Positions 13,201-28,200 of a stretch of 64,000 nucleotides of DNA are shown here, in pieces. The notes beneath the pieces were generated by a model. It saw only the letters and a program-made list of their open reading frames with translations. It had not been told where the DNA came from and did no database searches. Position numbers and translations under genes: made by a program. Every line of letters starts with the position of its first letter. The stretch's first letter is position 1. The DNA comes from Auanema rhodensis (lineage: Eukaryota > Animalia > Nematoda), in assembly GCA_964057225.1 (NCBI GenBank), contig OZ059897.1, positions 4,526,001 through 4,590,000 of the forward strand, written 5' to 3'.

Positions 13201-16200
13201 TAAGCTAGCGCAAATCTGATAACACAGATCAACGCAGCTCAAAAATCCGCATCGAATGCACTATACTACATTGAGAAACGCTCCATACAAAAATTAGTTA
13301 TGATCGTTTGAAAAATAATGCATTAGTGTATGCTGAGTTCCCATGTACACTCAACATTGCTTCCAAAAACATTGTGACAAAAATTTTCCCGAAAAATTTC
13401 TAAATAATTTCACAAAAAGTAGGAGTTTTTAGATTTTTTTTTTCAAGGCAAAGACGATGGACAATGTTATTCAACGAAAAAATTAATTCTTCAGGGTGAA
13501 AATCGAGGATATAAGTGTGAACCTATATCAGTTGATTACTCGGTGCATTTTTAAGCTAGCACAAATCTGATAACACAGATCAACGCAGCTTAAAAATCCG
13601 CATCGAATGCACTATACTACATTGAGAAACGCTCCATACAAAAATTAGTTATGATCGTTTGAAAAATAATGCATTAGTGTATGCTGAGTTCCCATGTACA
13701 CTCAACATTGCTTCCAAAAACATTGTGACAAAAATTTTCCCGAAAAATTTCTAAATAATTTCACAAAAAGTAGGAGTTTTTAAATTTCTTTTCTCAAGGC
13801 AAAGACGATGGACAATGTTATTCAACGAAAAAATTAATTCTTCAGGGTGAAAATCGAGGATATAAGTGTGAACCTATATCAGTTGATTACTCGGTGCATT
13901 TTTAAGCTAGCGCAAATCTGATAACACAGATCAACGCAGCTCAAAAATCCGCATCGAATGCACTATACTACATTGAGAAACGCTCCATACAAAAATTAGT
14001 TATGATCGTTTGAAAAATAATGCATTAGTGTATGTTGAGTTCCCATGTACACTCAACATTGCTTCCAAAAACATTTTGACAAAAATTTTCCCGAAAAATT
14101 TCTGAATAATTTCACAAAAAGTAGATGTTTTTAGATTCTTTTTTTCAAGACGAATACGATGGACAATGTTTTTCAACGAAAAAATCATTTCTTCAGGGTG
14201 AAAATCGAGGATATAAGTGTGAACATATATCAGTTGATATCTCGGTGCATTTTTAAGCTAACTCAAATCTGATAACACAGATCGACGCAGCTTAAAAATC
14301 CGCATCAAATGCACTATACTACATTGAGAAACGCTCTATACAAAAATTAGTTATGATCGTTTGAAAAATAATGCATTAGTGTATGCTGAGTTCCCATGTA
14401 CACTCAACATTGCTTCCAAAAACATTGTGACAAAAATTTTCCCGGAAAATTTCTAAATAATTTCACGAAAAGTAGGAGTTTTTAGATTTCTTTTTTCAAG
14501 GCAAAGACGATGGACAATGTTATTCAACGAAAAAATTAATTCTTCAGGGTGAAAATCGAGGATATAAGTGTGAACCTATATCAGTTGATTACTCGGTGCA
14601 TTTTTAAGCTAGCGCAAATCTGATAACACAGATCAACGCAGCTTAAAAATCCGCATCGAATGCACTATACTACATTGAGAAACGCTCCATACAAAAATTA
14701 GTTATGATCGTTTGAAAAATAATGCATTAGTGTATGCTGAGTTCCCATGTACACTCAACATTGCTTCCAAAAACATTGTGACAAAAATTTTCCCGAAAAA
14801 TTTCTAAATAATTTCACAAAAAGTAGGAGTTTTTAGATTTCTTTTTTCAAGGCAAAGATGATGGACAATGTTATTCAACGAAAAAATTAATTCTTCAGGG
14901 TGAAAATCGAGGATATAAGTGTGAACCTATATCAGTTGATTACTCGGTGCATTTTTAAGCTAGCGCAAATCTGATAACACAGATCAACGCAGCTTAAAAA
15001 TCCGCATCGAATGCACTATACTACATTGAGAAACGCTCCATACAAAAATTAGTTATGATCGTTTGAAAAATAATGCATTAGTGTATGTTGAGTTCCCATG
15101 TACACTCAACATTGCTTCCAAAAACATTTTGACAAAAATTTTCCCGAAAATTTTCTGAATAATTTCACAAAAAGTAGATGTTTTTAGATTCTTTTTTTCA
15201 AGACGAATACGATGGACAATGTTTTTCAACGAAAAAATCATTTCTTCAGGGTGAAAATCGAGGATATAAGTGTGAACATATATCAGTTGATATCTCGGTG
15301 CATTTTTAAGCTAACTCAAATCTGATAACACAGATCGACGCAGCTTAAAAATCCGCATCGAATGCACTATACTACATTGAGAAACGCTCTATACAAAAAT
15401 TAGTTATGATCGTTTGAAAAATAATGCATTAGTGTATGCTGAGTTCCCATGTACACTCAACATTGCTTCCAAAAACATTGTGACAAAAATTTTCCCGAAA
15501 AATTTCTAAATAATTTCACAAAAAGTAGATGTTTTTAGATTCCTTTTTTCAAGACGAATACGATGGACAATGTTTTTCAACGAAAAAATCATTTCTTCAG
15601 GGTGAAAATCGAGGATATAAGTGTGAACATATATCAGTTGATATCTCGGTGCATTTTCAAGCTAACTCAAATCTGATAACACAGATCGACGCAGCTTAAA
15701 AATCCGCATCGAATGCACTATACTACATTGAGAAACGCTCTATACAAAAATTAGTTATGATCGTTTGAAAAATAATGCATTAGTGTATGCTGAGTTCCCA
15801 TGTACACTCAACATTGCTTCCAAAAACATTGTGACAAAAATTTTCCCGAAAAATTTCTAAATAATTTCACAAAAAGTAGGAGTTTTTAGATTTTTTTTTT
15901 CAAGGCAAAGACGATGGACAACGTTATTCAACGAAAAAATTAATTCTTCAGGGTGAAAATCGAGGATATAAGTGTGAACCTATATCAGTTGATTACTCGG
16001 TGCATTTTTAAGCTAGCGCAAATCTGATAACACAGATCAACGCAGCTTAAAAATCCGCATCGAATGCACTATACTACATTGAGAAACGCTCCATACAAAA
16101 ATTAGTTATGATCGTTTGAAAAATAATGCATTAGTGTATGCTGAGTTCCCATGTACACTCAACATTGCTTCCAAAAACATTGTGACAAAAATTTTCCCGA

Positions 16201-19200
16201 AAAATTTCTAAATAATTTCACAAAAAGTAGGAGTTTTTAGATTTCTTTTTTCAAGGCAAAGACGATGGACAATGTTATTCAACGAAAAAATTAATTCTTC
16301 AGGGTGAAAATCGAGGATATAAGTGTGAACCTATATCAGTTGATTACTCGGTGCATTTTTAAGCTAGCGCAAATCTGATAACACAGATCAACGCAGCTTA
16401 AAAATCCGCATCGAATGCACTATACTACATTGAGAAACGCTCCATACAAAAATTAGTTATGATCGTTTGAAAAATAATGCATTAGTGTATGTTGAGTTCC
16501 CATGTACACTCAACATTGCTTCCAAAAACATTTTGACAAAAATTTTCCCGAAAAATTTCTGAATAATTTCACAAAAAGTAGATGTTTTTAGATTCTTTTT
16601 TTCAAGACGAATACGATGGACAATGTTTTTCAACGAAAAAATCATTTCTTCAGGGTGAAAATCGAGGATATAAGTGTGAACATATATCAGTTGATATCTC
16701 GGTGCATTTTTAAGCTAACTCAAATCTGATAACACAGATCGACGCAGCTTAAAAATCCGCATCGAATGCACTATACTACATTGAGAAACGCTCTATACAA
16801 AAATTAGTTATGATCGTTTGAAAAATAATGCATTAGTGTATGCTGAGTTCCCATGTACACTCAACATTGCTTCCAAAAACATTGTGACAAAAATTTTCCC
16901 GAAAAATTTCTAAATAATTTCACAAAAAGTAGATGTTTTTAGATTCCTTTTTTCAAGACGAATACGATGGACAATGTTTTTCAACGAAAAAATCATTTCT
17001 TCAGGGTGAAAATCGAGGATATAAGTGTGAACATATATCAGTTGATATCTCGGTGCATTTTCAAGCTAACTCAAATCTGATAACACAGATCGACGCAGCT
17101 TAAAAATCCGCATCGAATGCACTATACTACATTGAGAAACGCTCTAAACAAAAATTAGTTATGATCGTTTGAAAAATAATGCATTAGTGTATGCTGAGTT
17201 CCCATGTACACTCAACATTGCTTCCAAAAACATTGTGACAAAAATTTTCCCGAAAAATTTCTAAATAATTTCACGAAAAGTAGGAGTTTTTAGATTTCTT
17301 TTTTCAAGGCAAAGACGATGGACAATGTTATTCAACGAAAAAATTAATTCTTCAGGGTGAAAATCGAGGATATAAGTGTGAACCTATATCAGTTGATTAC
17401 TCGGTGCATTTTTAAGCTAGCGCAAATCTGATAACACAGATCAACGCAGCTTAAAAATCCGCATCGAATGCACTATACTACATTGAGAAACGCTCCATAC
17501 AAAAATTAGTTATGATCGTTTGAAAAATAATGCATTAGTGTATGTTGAGTTCCCATGTACACTCAACATTGCTTCCAAAAACATTTTGACAAAAATTTTC
17601 CCGAAAAATTTCTGAATAATTTCACAAAAAGTAGATGTTTTTAGATTCTTTTTTTCAAGACGAATACGATGGACAATGTTTTTCAACGAAAAAATCATTT
17701 CTTCAGGGTGAAAATCGAGGATATAAGTGTGAACATATATCAGTTGATATCTCGGTGCATTTTTAAGCTAACTCAAATCTGATAACACAGATCGACGCAG
17801 CTTAAAAATCCGCATCGAATGCACTATACTACATTGAGAAACGCTCCATACAAAAATTAGTTATGATCGTTTGAAAAATAATGCATTAGTGTATGTTGAG
17901 TTCCCATGTACACTCAACATTGCTTCCAAAAACATTTTGACAAAAATTTTCCCGAAAAATTTCTGAATAATTTCACAAAAAGTAGATGTTTTTAGATTCT
18001 TTTTTTCAAGACGAATACGATGGACAATGTTTTTCAACGAAAAAATCATTTCTTCAGGGTGAAAATCGAGGATATAAGTGTGAACATATATCAGTTGATA
18101 TCTCGGTGCATTTTTAAGCTAACTCAAATCTGATAACACAGATCGACGCAGCTTAAAAATCCGCATCGAATGCACTATACTACATTGAGAAACGCTCCAT
18201 ACAAAAATTAGTTATGATCGTTTGAAAAATAATGCATTAGTGTATGTTGAGTTCCCATGTACACTCAACATTGCTTCCAAAAACATTTTGACAAAAATTT
18301 TCCCGAAAAATTTCTGAATAATTTCACAAAAAGTAGATGTTTTTAGATTCTTTTTTTCAAGACGAATACGATGGACAATGTTTTTCAACGAAAAAATCAT
18401 TTCTTCAGGGTGAAAATCGAGGATATAAGTGTGAACATATATCAGTTGATATCTCGGTGCATTTTTAAGCTAACTCAAATCTGATAACACAGATCGACGC
18501 AGCTTAAAAATCCGCATCGAATGCACTATACTACATTGAGAAACGCTCTATACAAAAATTAGTTATGATCGTTTGAAAAATAATGCATTAGTGTATGCTG
18601 AGTTCCCATGTACACTCAACATTGCTTCCAAAAACATTTTGACAAAAATTTTCCCGAAAAATTTCTGAATAATTTCACAAAAAGTAGATGTTTTTAGATT
18701 CTTTTTTTCAAGACAAATACGATGGACAATGTTTTTCAACGAAAAAATCATTTCTTCAGGGTGAAAATCGAGGATATAAGTGTGAACATATATCAGTTGA
18801 TATCTCGGTGCATTTTTAAGCTAACTCAAATCTGATAACACAGATCGACGCAGCTTAAAAATCCGCATCGAATGCACTATACTACATTGAGAAACGCTCC
18901 ATACAAAAATTAGTTATGATCGTTTGAAAAATAATGCATTAGTGTATGTTGAGTTCCCATGTACACTCAACATTGCTTCCAAAAACATTGTGACAAAAAT
19001 TTTCCCGAAAAATTTCTAAATAATTTCACGAAAAGTAGGAGTTTTTAGATTTCTTTTTTCAAGGCAAAGACGATGGACAATGTTATTCAACGAAAAAATT
19101 AATTCTTCAGGGTGAAAATCGAGGATATAAGTGTGAACCTATATCAGTTGATTACTCGGTGCATTTTTAAGCTAGCGCAAATCTGATAACACAGATCAAC

Positions 19201-22200
19201 GCAGCTTAAAAATCCGCATCGAATGCACTATACTACATTGAGAAACGCTCCATACAAAAATTAGTTATGATCGTTTGAAAAATAATGCATTAGTGTATGC
19301 TGAGTTCCCATGTACACTCAACATTGCTTCCAAAAACATTGTGACAAAAATTTTCCCGAAAAATTTCTAAATAATTTCACAAAAAGTAGGAGTTTTTAGA
19401 TTTCTTTTTTCAAGGCAAAGATGATGGACAATGTTATTCAACGAAAAAATTAATTCTTCAGGGTGAAAATCGAGGATATAAGTGTGAACCTATATCAGTT
19501 GATTACTCGGTGCATTTTTAAGCTAGCGCAAATCTGATAACACAGATCAACGCAGCTTAAAAATCCGCATCGAATGCACTATACTACATGGAGAAACGCT
19601 CCATACAAAAATTAGTTATGATCGTTTGAAAAATAATGCATTAGTGTATGTTGAGTTCCCATGTACACTCAACATTGCTTCCAAAAACATTGTGACAAAA
19701 ATTTTCCCGAAAAATTTCTAAATAATTTCACGAAAAGTAGGAGTTTTTAGATTTCTTTTTCCAAGGCAAAGATGATGGACAATGTTATTCAACGAAAAAA
19801 TTAATTCTTCAGGGTGAAAATCGAGGATATAAGTGTGAACATATATCAGTTGATATCTCGGTGCATTTTTAAGCTAACTCAAATCTGATAACACAGATCG
19901 ACGCAGCTTAAAAATCCGCATCGAATGCACTATACTACATTGAGAAACGCTCCATACAAAAATTAGTTATGATCGTTTGAAAAATAATGCATTAGTGTAT
20001 GTTGAGTTCCCATGTACACTCAACATTGCTTCCAAAAACATTGTGACAAAAATTTTCTCGAAAAATTTCTAAATAATTTCACGAAAAGTAGGAGTTTTTA
20101 GATTTCTTTTTTCAAGGCAAAGACGATGGACAATGTTATTCAACGAAAAAATTAATTCTTCAGGGTGAAAATCGAGGATATAAGTGTGAACCTATATCAG
20201 TTGATTACTCGGTGCATTTTTAAGCTAGCGCAAATCTGATAACACAGATCAACGCAGCTTAAAAATCCGCATCGAATGCACTATACTACATTGAGAAACG
20301 CTCCATACAAAAATTAGTTATGATCGTTTGAAAAATAATGCATTAGTGTATGCTGAGTTCCCATGTACACTCAACATTGCTTCCAAAAACATTGTGACAA
20401 AAATTTTCCCGAAAAATTTCTAAATAATTTCACAAAAAGTAGGAGTTTTTAGATTTCTTTTTTCAAGGCAAAGATGATGGACAATGTTATTCAACGAAAA
20501 AATTAATTCTTCAGGGTGAAAATCGAGGATATAAGTGTGAACCTATATCAGTTGATTACTCGGTGCATTTTTAAGCTAGCGCAAATCTGATAACACAGAT
20601 CAACGCAGCTTAAAAATCCGCATCGAATGCACTATACTACATTGAGAAACGCTCCATACAAAAATTAGTTATGATCGTTTGAAAAATAATGCATTAGTGT
20701 ATGTTGAGTTCCCATGTACACTCAACATTGCTTCCAAAAACATTTTGACAAAAATTTTCCCGAAAAATTTCTGAATAATTTCACAAAAAGTAGATGTTTT
20801 TAGATTCTTTTTTTCAAGACGAATACGATGGACAATGTTTTTCAACGAAAAAATCATTTCTTCAGGGTGAAAATCGAGGATATAAGTGTGAACATATATC
20901 AGTTGATATCTCGGTGCATTTTTAAGCTAACTCAAATCTGATAACACAGATCGACGCAGCTTAAAAATCCGCATCGAATGCACTATACTACATTGAGAAA
21001 CGCTCTATACAAAAATTAGTTATGATCGTTTGAAAAATAATGCATTAGTGTATGCTGAGTTCCCATGTACACTCAACATTGCTTCCAAAAACATTTTGAC
21101 AAAAATTTTCCCGAAAAATTTCTGAATAATTTCACAAAAAGTAGATGTTTTTAGATTCTTTTTTTCAAGACGAATACGATGGACAATGTTTTTCAACGAA
21201 AAAATCATTTCTTCAGGGTGAAAATCGAGGATATAAGTGTGAACATATATCAGTTGATATCTCGGTGCATTTTTAAGCTAACTCAAATCTGATAACACAG
21301 ATCGACGCAGCTTAAAAATCCGCATCGAATGCACTATACTACATTGAGAAACGCTCCATACGAAAATTAGTTATGATCGTTTGAAAAATAATGCATTAGT
21401 GTATGTTGAGTTCCCATGTACACTCAACATTGCTTCCAAAAACATTGTGACAAAAATTTTCCCGAAAAATTTCTAAATTATTTCACGAAAAGTAGGAGTT
21501 TTTAGATTTCTTTTTTCAAGGCAAAGACGATGGACAATGTTATTCAACGAAAAAATTAATTCTTCAGGGTGAAAATCGAGGATATAAGTGTGAACCTATA
21601 TCAGTTGATTACTCGGTGCATTTTTAAGCTAGCGCAAATCTGATAACACAGATCAACGCAGCTTAAAAATCCGCATCGAATGCACTATACTACATTGAGA
21701 AACGCTCCATACAAAAATTAGTTATGATCGTTTGAAAAATAATGCATTAGTGTATGCTGAGTTCCCATGTACACTCAACATTGCTTCCAAAAACATTGTG
21801 ACAAAAATTTTCCCGAAAAATTTCTAAATAATTTCACAAAAAGTAGGAGTTTTTAGATTTCTTTTTTCAAGGCAAAGATGATGGACAATGTTATTCAACG
21901 AAAAAATTAATTCTTCAGGGTGAAAATCGAGGATATAAGTGTGAACCTATATCAGTTGATTACTCGGTGCATTTTTAAGCTAGCGCAAATCTGATAACAC
22001 AGATCAACGCAGCTTAAAAATCCGCATCGAATGCACTATACTACATTGAGAAACGCTCCATACAAAAATTAGTTATGATCGTTTGAAAAATAATGCATTA
22101 GTGTATGTTGAGTTCCCATGTACACTCAACATTGCTTCCAAAAACATTTTGACAAAAATTTTCCCGAAAAATTTCTGAATAATTTCACAAAAAGTAGATG

Positions 22201-25200
22201 TTTTTAGATTCTTTTTTTCAAGACGAATACGATGGACAATGTTTTTCAACGAAAAAATCATTTCTTCAGGGTGAAAATCGAGGATATAAGTGTGAACATA
22301 TATCAGTTGATATCTCGGTGCATTTTTAAGCTAACTCAAATCTGATAACACAGATCGACGCAGCTTAAAAATCCGCATCGAATGCACTATACTACATTGA
22401 GAAACGCTCTATACAAAAATTAGTTATGATCGTTTGAAAAATAATGCATTAGTGTATGCTGAGTTCCCATGTACACTCAACATTGCTTCCAAAAACATTT
22501 TGACAAAAATTTTCCCGAAAAATTTCTGAATAATTTCACAAAAAGTAGATGTTTTTAGATTCTTTTTTTCAAGACGAATACGATGGACAATGTTTTTCAA
22601 CGAAAAAATCATTTCTTCAGGGTGAAAATCGAGGATATAAGTGTGAACATATATCAGTTGATATCTCGGTGCATTTTTAAGCTAACTCAAATCTGATAAC
22701 ACAGATCGACGCAGCTTAAAAATCCGCATCGAATGCACTATACTACATTGAGAAACGCTCTATACAAAAATTAGTTATGATCGTTTGAAAAATAATGCAT
22801 TAGTGTATGCTGAGTTCCCATGTACACTCAACATTGCTTCCAAAAACATTGTGACAAAAATTTTCCCGAAAAATTTCTAAATAATTTCACGAAAAGTAGG
22901 AGTTTTTAGATTTCTTTTTTCAAGGCAAAGACGATGAACAATGTTATTCAACGAAAAAATTAATTCTTCAGGGTGAAAATCGAGGATATAAGTGTGAACC
23001 TATATCAGTTGATTACTCGGTGCATTTTTAAGCTAGCGCAAATCTGATAACACAGATCAACGCAGCTTAAAAATCCGCATCGAATGCACTATACTACATT
23101 GAGAAACGCTCCATACAAAAATTAGTTATGATCGTTTGAAAAATAATGCATTAGTGTATGTTGAGTTCCCATGTACACTCAACATTGCTTCCAAAAACAT
23201 TGTGACAAAAATTTTCCCGAAAAATTTCTAAATAATTTCACAAAAAGTAGGAGTTTTTAGATTTCTTTTTTCAAGGCAAAGACGATGGACAATGTTATTC
23301 AACGAAAAAATTAATTCTTCAGGGTGAAAATCGAGGATATAAGTGTGAACCTATATCAGTTGATTACTCGGTGCATTTTTAAGCTAGCGCAAATCTGATA
23401 ACACAGATCAACGCAGCTTAAAAATCCGCATCGAATGCACTATACTACATTGAGAAACGCTCCATACAAAAATTAGTTATGATCGTTTGAAAAATAATGC
23501 ATTAGTGTATGTTGAGTTCCCATGTACACTCAACATTGCTTCCAAAAACATTTTGACAAAAATTTTCCCGAAAAATTTCTGAATAATTTCACAAAAAGTA
23601 GATGTTTTTAGATTCTTTTTTTCAAGACGAATACGATGGACAATGTTTTTCAACGAAAAAATCATTTCTTCAGGGTGAAAATCGAGGATATAAGTGTGAA
23701 CATATATCAGTTGATATCTCGGTGCATTTTTAAGCTAACTCAAATCTGATAACACAGATCAACGCAGCTTAAAAATCCGCATCGAATGCACTATACTACA
23801 TTGAGAAACGCTCTATACAAAAATTAGTTATGATCGTTTGAAAAATAATGCATTAGTGTATGCTGAGTTCCCATGTACACTCAACATTGCTTCCAAAAAC
23901 ATTGTGACAAAAATTTTCCCGAAAAATTTCTAAATAATTTCACGAAAAGTAGGAGTTTTTAGATTTCTTTTTTCAAGGCAAAGACGATGGACAATGTTAT
24001 TCAACGAAAAAATTAATTCTTCAGGGTGAAAATCGAGGATATAAGTGTGAACCTATATCAGTTGATTACTCGGTGCATTGTTAAGCTAGCGCAAATCTGA
24101 TAACACAGATCAACGCAGCTTAAAAATCCGCATCGAATGCACTATACTACATTGAGAAACGCTCCATACAAAAATTAGTTATGATCGTTTGAAAAATAAT
24201 GCATTAGTGTATGCTGAGTTCCCATGTACACTCAACATTGCTTCCAAAAACATTGTGACAAAAATTTTCCCGAAAAATTTCTAAATAATTTCACAAAAAG
24301 TAGGAGTTTTTAGATTTCTTTTTTCAAGGCAAAGACGATGGACAATGTTATTCAACGAAAAAATTAATTCTTCAGGGTGAAAATCGAGGATATAAGTGTG
24401 AACCTATATCAGTTGATTACTCGGTGCATTTTTAAGCTAGCGCAAATCTGATAACACAGATCAACGCAGCTTAAAAATCCGCATCGAATGCACTATACTA
24501 CATTGAGAAACGCTCCATACAAAAATTAGTTATGATCGTTTGAAAAATAATGCATTAGTGTATGTTGAGTTCCCATGTACACTCAACATTGCTTCCAAAA
24601 ACATTGTGACAAAAATTTTCCCGAAAAATTTCTAAATAATTTCACAAAAAGTAGGAGTTTTTAGATTTCTTTTTTCAAGGCAAAGACGATGGACAATGTT
24701 ATTCAACGAAAAAATTAATTCTTCAGGGTGAAAATCGAGGATATAAGTGTGAACATATATCAGTTGATATCTCGGTGCATTTTCAAGCTAACTCAAATCT
24801 GATAACACAGATCGACGCAGCTTAAAAATCCGCATCGAATGCACTATACTACATTGAGAAACGCTCTATACAAAAATTAGTTATGATCGTTTGAAAAATA
24901 ATGCATTAGTGTATGTTGAGTTCCCATGTACACTCAACATTGCTTCCAAAAACATTGTGACAAAAATTTTCCCGAAAAATTTCTAAATAATTTCACAAAA
25001 AGTAGGAGTTTTTAGATTTCTTTTTTCAAGGCAAAGACGATGGACAATGTTATTCAACGAAAAAATTAATTCTTCAGGGTGAAAATCGAGGATATAAGTG
25101 TGAACCTATATCAGTTGATTACTCGGTGCATTTTTAAGCTAGCGCAAATCTGATAACACAGATCGACGCAGCTTAAAAATCCGCATCGAATGCACTATAC

Positions 25201-28200
25201 TACATTGAGAAACGCTCTATACAAAAATTAGTTATGATCGTTCGAAAAATAATGCATTAGTGTATGCTGAGTTCCCATGTACACTCAACATTGCTTCCAA
25301 AAACATTGTGACAAAAATTTTCCCGAAAAATTTCTTAATAATTTCACAAAAAGTAGGAGTTTTTAGATTTCTTTTTTCAAGGCAAAGACGATGGACAATG
25401 TTATTCAACGAAAAAATTAATTCTTCAGGGTTAAAATCGAGGATATAAGTGTGAACCTATATCAGTTGATTACTCGGTGCATTTTTAAGCTAGCGCAAAT
25501 CTGATAACACAGATCGACGCAGCTTAAAAATCCGCATCGAATGCACTATATTACAATGAGAGACGCTCTATACAAAAATTAGTTATGATCGTTTGAAAAA
25601 TAATGCATTAGTGTATGCTGAGTTCCCATGTACACTCAACATTGCTTCCAAAAACATTGTGACAAAAATTTTCCCGAAAAATTTCTAAATAATTTCACAA
25701 AAAGTAGATGTTTTTAGATTCCTTTTTTCAAGACGAATACGATGGACAATGTTTTTCAACGAAAAAATCATTTCTTCAGGGTGAAAATCGAGGATATAAG
25801 TGTGAACATATATCAGTTGATATCTCGGTGCATTTTCAAGCTAACTCAAATCTGATAACACAGATCGACGCAGCTTAAAAATCCGCATCGAATGCACTAT
25901 ACTACATTGAGAAACGCTCTATACAAAAATTAGTTATGATCGTTTGAAAAATAATGCATTAGTGTATGCTGAATTCCCATGTACACTCAACATTGCTTCC
26001 AAAAACATTGTGACAAAAATTTTCCCGAAAAATTTCTAAATAATTTCACGAAAAGTAGGAGTTTTTAGATTTCTTTTTTCAAGGCAAAGACGATGGACAA
26101 TGTTATTCAACGAAAAAATTAATTCTTCAGGGTGAAAATCGAGGATATAAGTGTGAACCTATATCAGTTGATTACTCGGTGCATTTTTAAGCTAGCGCAA
26201 ATCTGATAACACAGATCAACGCAGCTTAAAAATCCGCATCGAATGCACTATACTACATTGAGAAACGCTCCATACAAAAATTAGTTATGATCGTTTGAAA
26301 AATAATGCATTAGTGTATGTTGAGTTCCCATGTACACTCAACATTGCTTCCAAAAACATTGTGACAAAAATTTTCCCGAAAAATTTCTAAATAATTTCAC
26401 AAAAAGTAGGAGTTTTTAGATTTCTTTTTTCAAGGCAAAGACGATGGACAATGTTATTCAACGAAAAAATTAATTCTTCAGGGTGAAAATCGAGGATATA
26501 AGTGTGAACCTATATCAGTTGATTACTCGGTGCATTTTTAAGCTAGCGCAAATCTGATAACACAGATCAACGCAGCTTAAAAATCCGCATCGAATGCACT
26601 ATACTACATTGAGAAACGCTCCATACAAAAATTAGTTATGATCGTTTGAAAAATAATGCATTAGTGTATGTTGAGTTCCCATGTACACTCAACATTGCTT
26701 CCAAAAACATTTTGACAAAAATTTTCCCGAAAAATTTCTGAATAATTTCACAAAAAGTAGATGTTTTTAGATTCTTTTTTTCAAGACGAATACGATGGAC
26801 AATGTTTTTCAACGAAAAAATCATTTCTTCAGGGTGAAAATCGAGGATATAAGTGTGAACATATATCAGTTGATATCTCGGTGCATTTTTAAGCTAACTC
26901 AAATCTGATAACACAGATCGACGCAGCTTAAAAATCCGCATCGAATGCACTATACTACATTGAGAAACGCTCTATACAAAAATTAGTTATGATCGTTTGA
27001 AAAATAATGCATTAGTGTATGCTGAGTTCCCATGTACACTCAACATTGCTTCCAAAAACATTGTGACAAAAATTTTCCCGAAAAATTTCTAAATAATTTC
27101 ACAAAAAGTAGATGTTTTTAGATTCCTTTTTTCAAGACGAATACGATGGACAATGTTTTTCAACGAAAAAATCATTTCTTCAGGGTGAAAATCGAGGATA
27201 TAAGTGTGAACATATATCAGTTGATATCTCGGTGCATTTTCAAGCTAACTCAAATCTGATAACACAGATCGACGCAGCTTAAAAATCCGCATCGAATGCA
27301 CTATACTACATTGAGAAACGCTCTATACAAAAATTAGTTATGATCGTTTGAAAAATAATGCATTAGTGTATGCTGAGTTCCCATGTACACTCAACATTGC
27401 TTCCAAAAACATTGTGACAAAAATTTTCCCGAAAAATTTCTAAATAATTTCACGAAAAGTAGGAGTTTTTAGATTTCTTTTTTCAAGGCAAAGACGATGG
27501 ACAATGTTATTCAACGAAAAAATTAATTCTTCAGGGTGAAAATCGAGGATATAAGTGTGAACCTATATCAGTTGATTACTCGGTGCATTTTTAAGCTAGC
27601 GCAAATCTGATAACACAGATCAACGCAGCTTAAAAATCCGCATCGAATGCACTATACTACATTGAGAAACGCTCCATACAAAAATTAGTTATGATCGTTT
27701 GAAAAATAATGCATTAGTGTATGCTGAGTTCCCATGTACACTCAACATTGCTTCCAAAAACATTGTGACAAAAATTTTCCCGAAAAATTTCTAAATAATT
27801 TCACAAAAAGTAGGAGTTTTTAGATTTCTTTTTTCAAGGCAAAGACGATGGACAATGTTATTCAACGAAAAAATTAATTCTTCAGGGTGAAAATCGAGGA
27901 TATAAGTGTGAACATATATCAGTTGATATCTCGGTGCATTTTCAAGCTAACTCAAATCTGATAACACAGATCGACGCAGCTTAAAAATCCGCATCGAATG
28001 CACTATACTACATTGAGAAACGCTCCATACAAAAATTAGTTATGATCGTTTGAAAAATAATGCATTAGTGTATGTTGAGTTCCCATGTACACTCAACATT
28101 GCTTCCAAAAACATTGTGACAAAAATTTTCCCGAAAAATTTCTAAATAATTTCACAAAAAGTAGGAGTTTTTAGATTTCTTTTTTCAAGGCAAAGACGAT

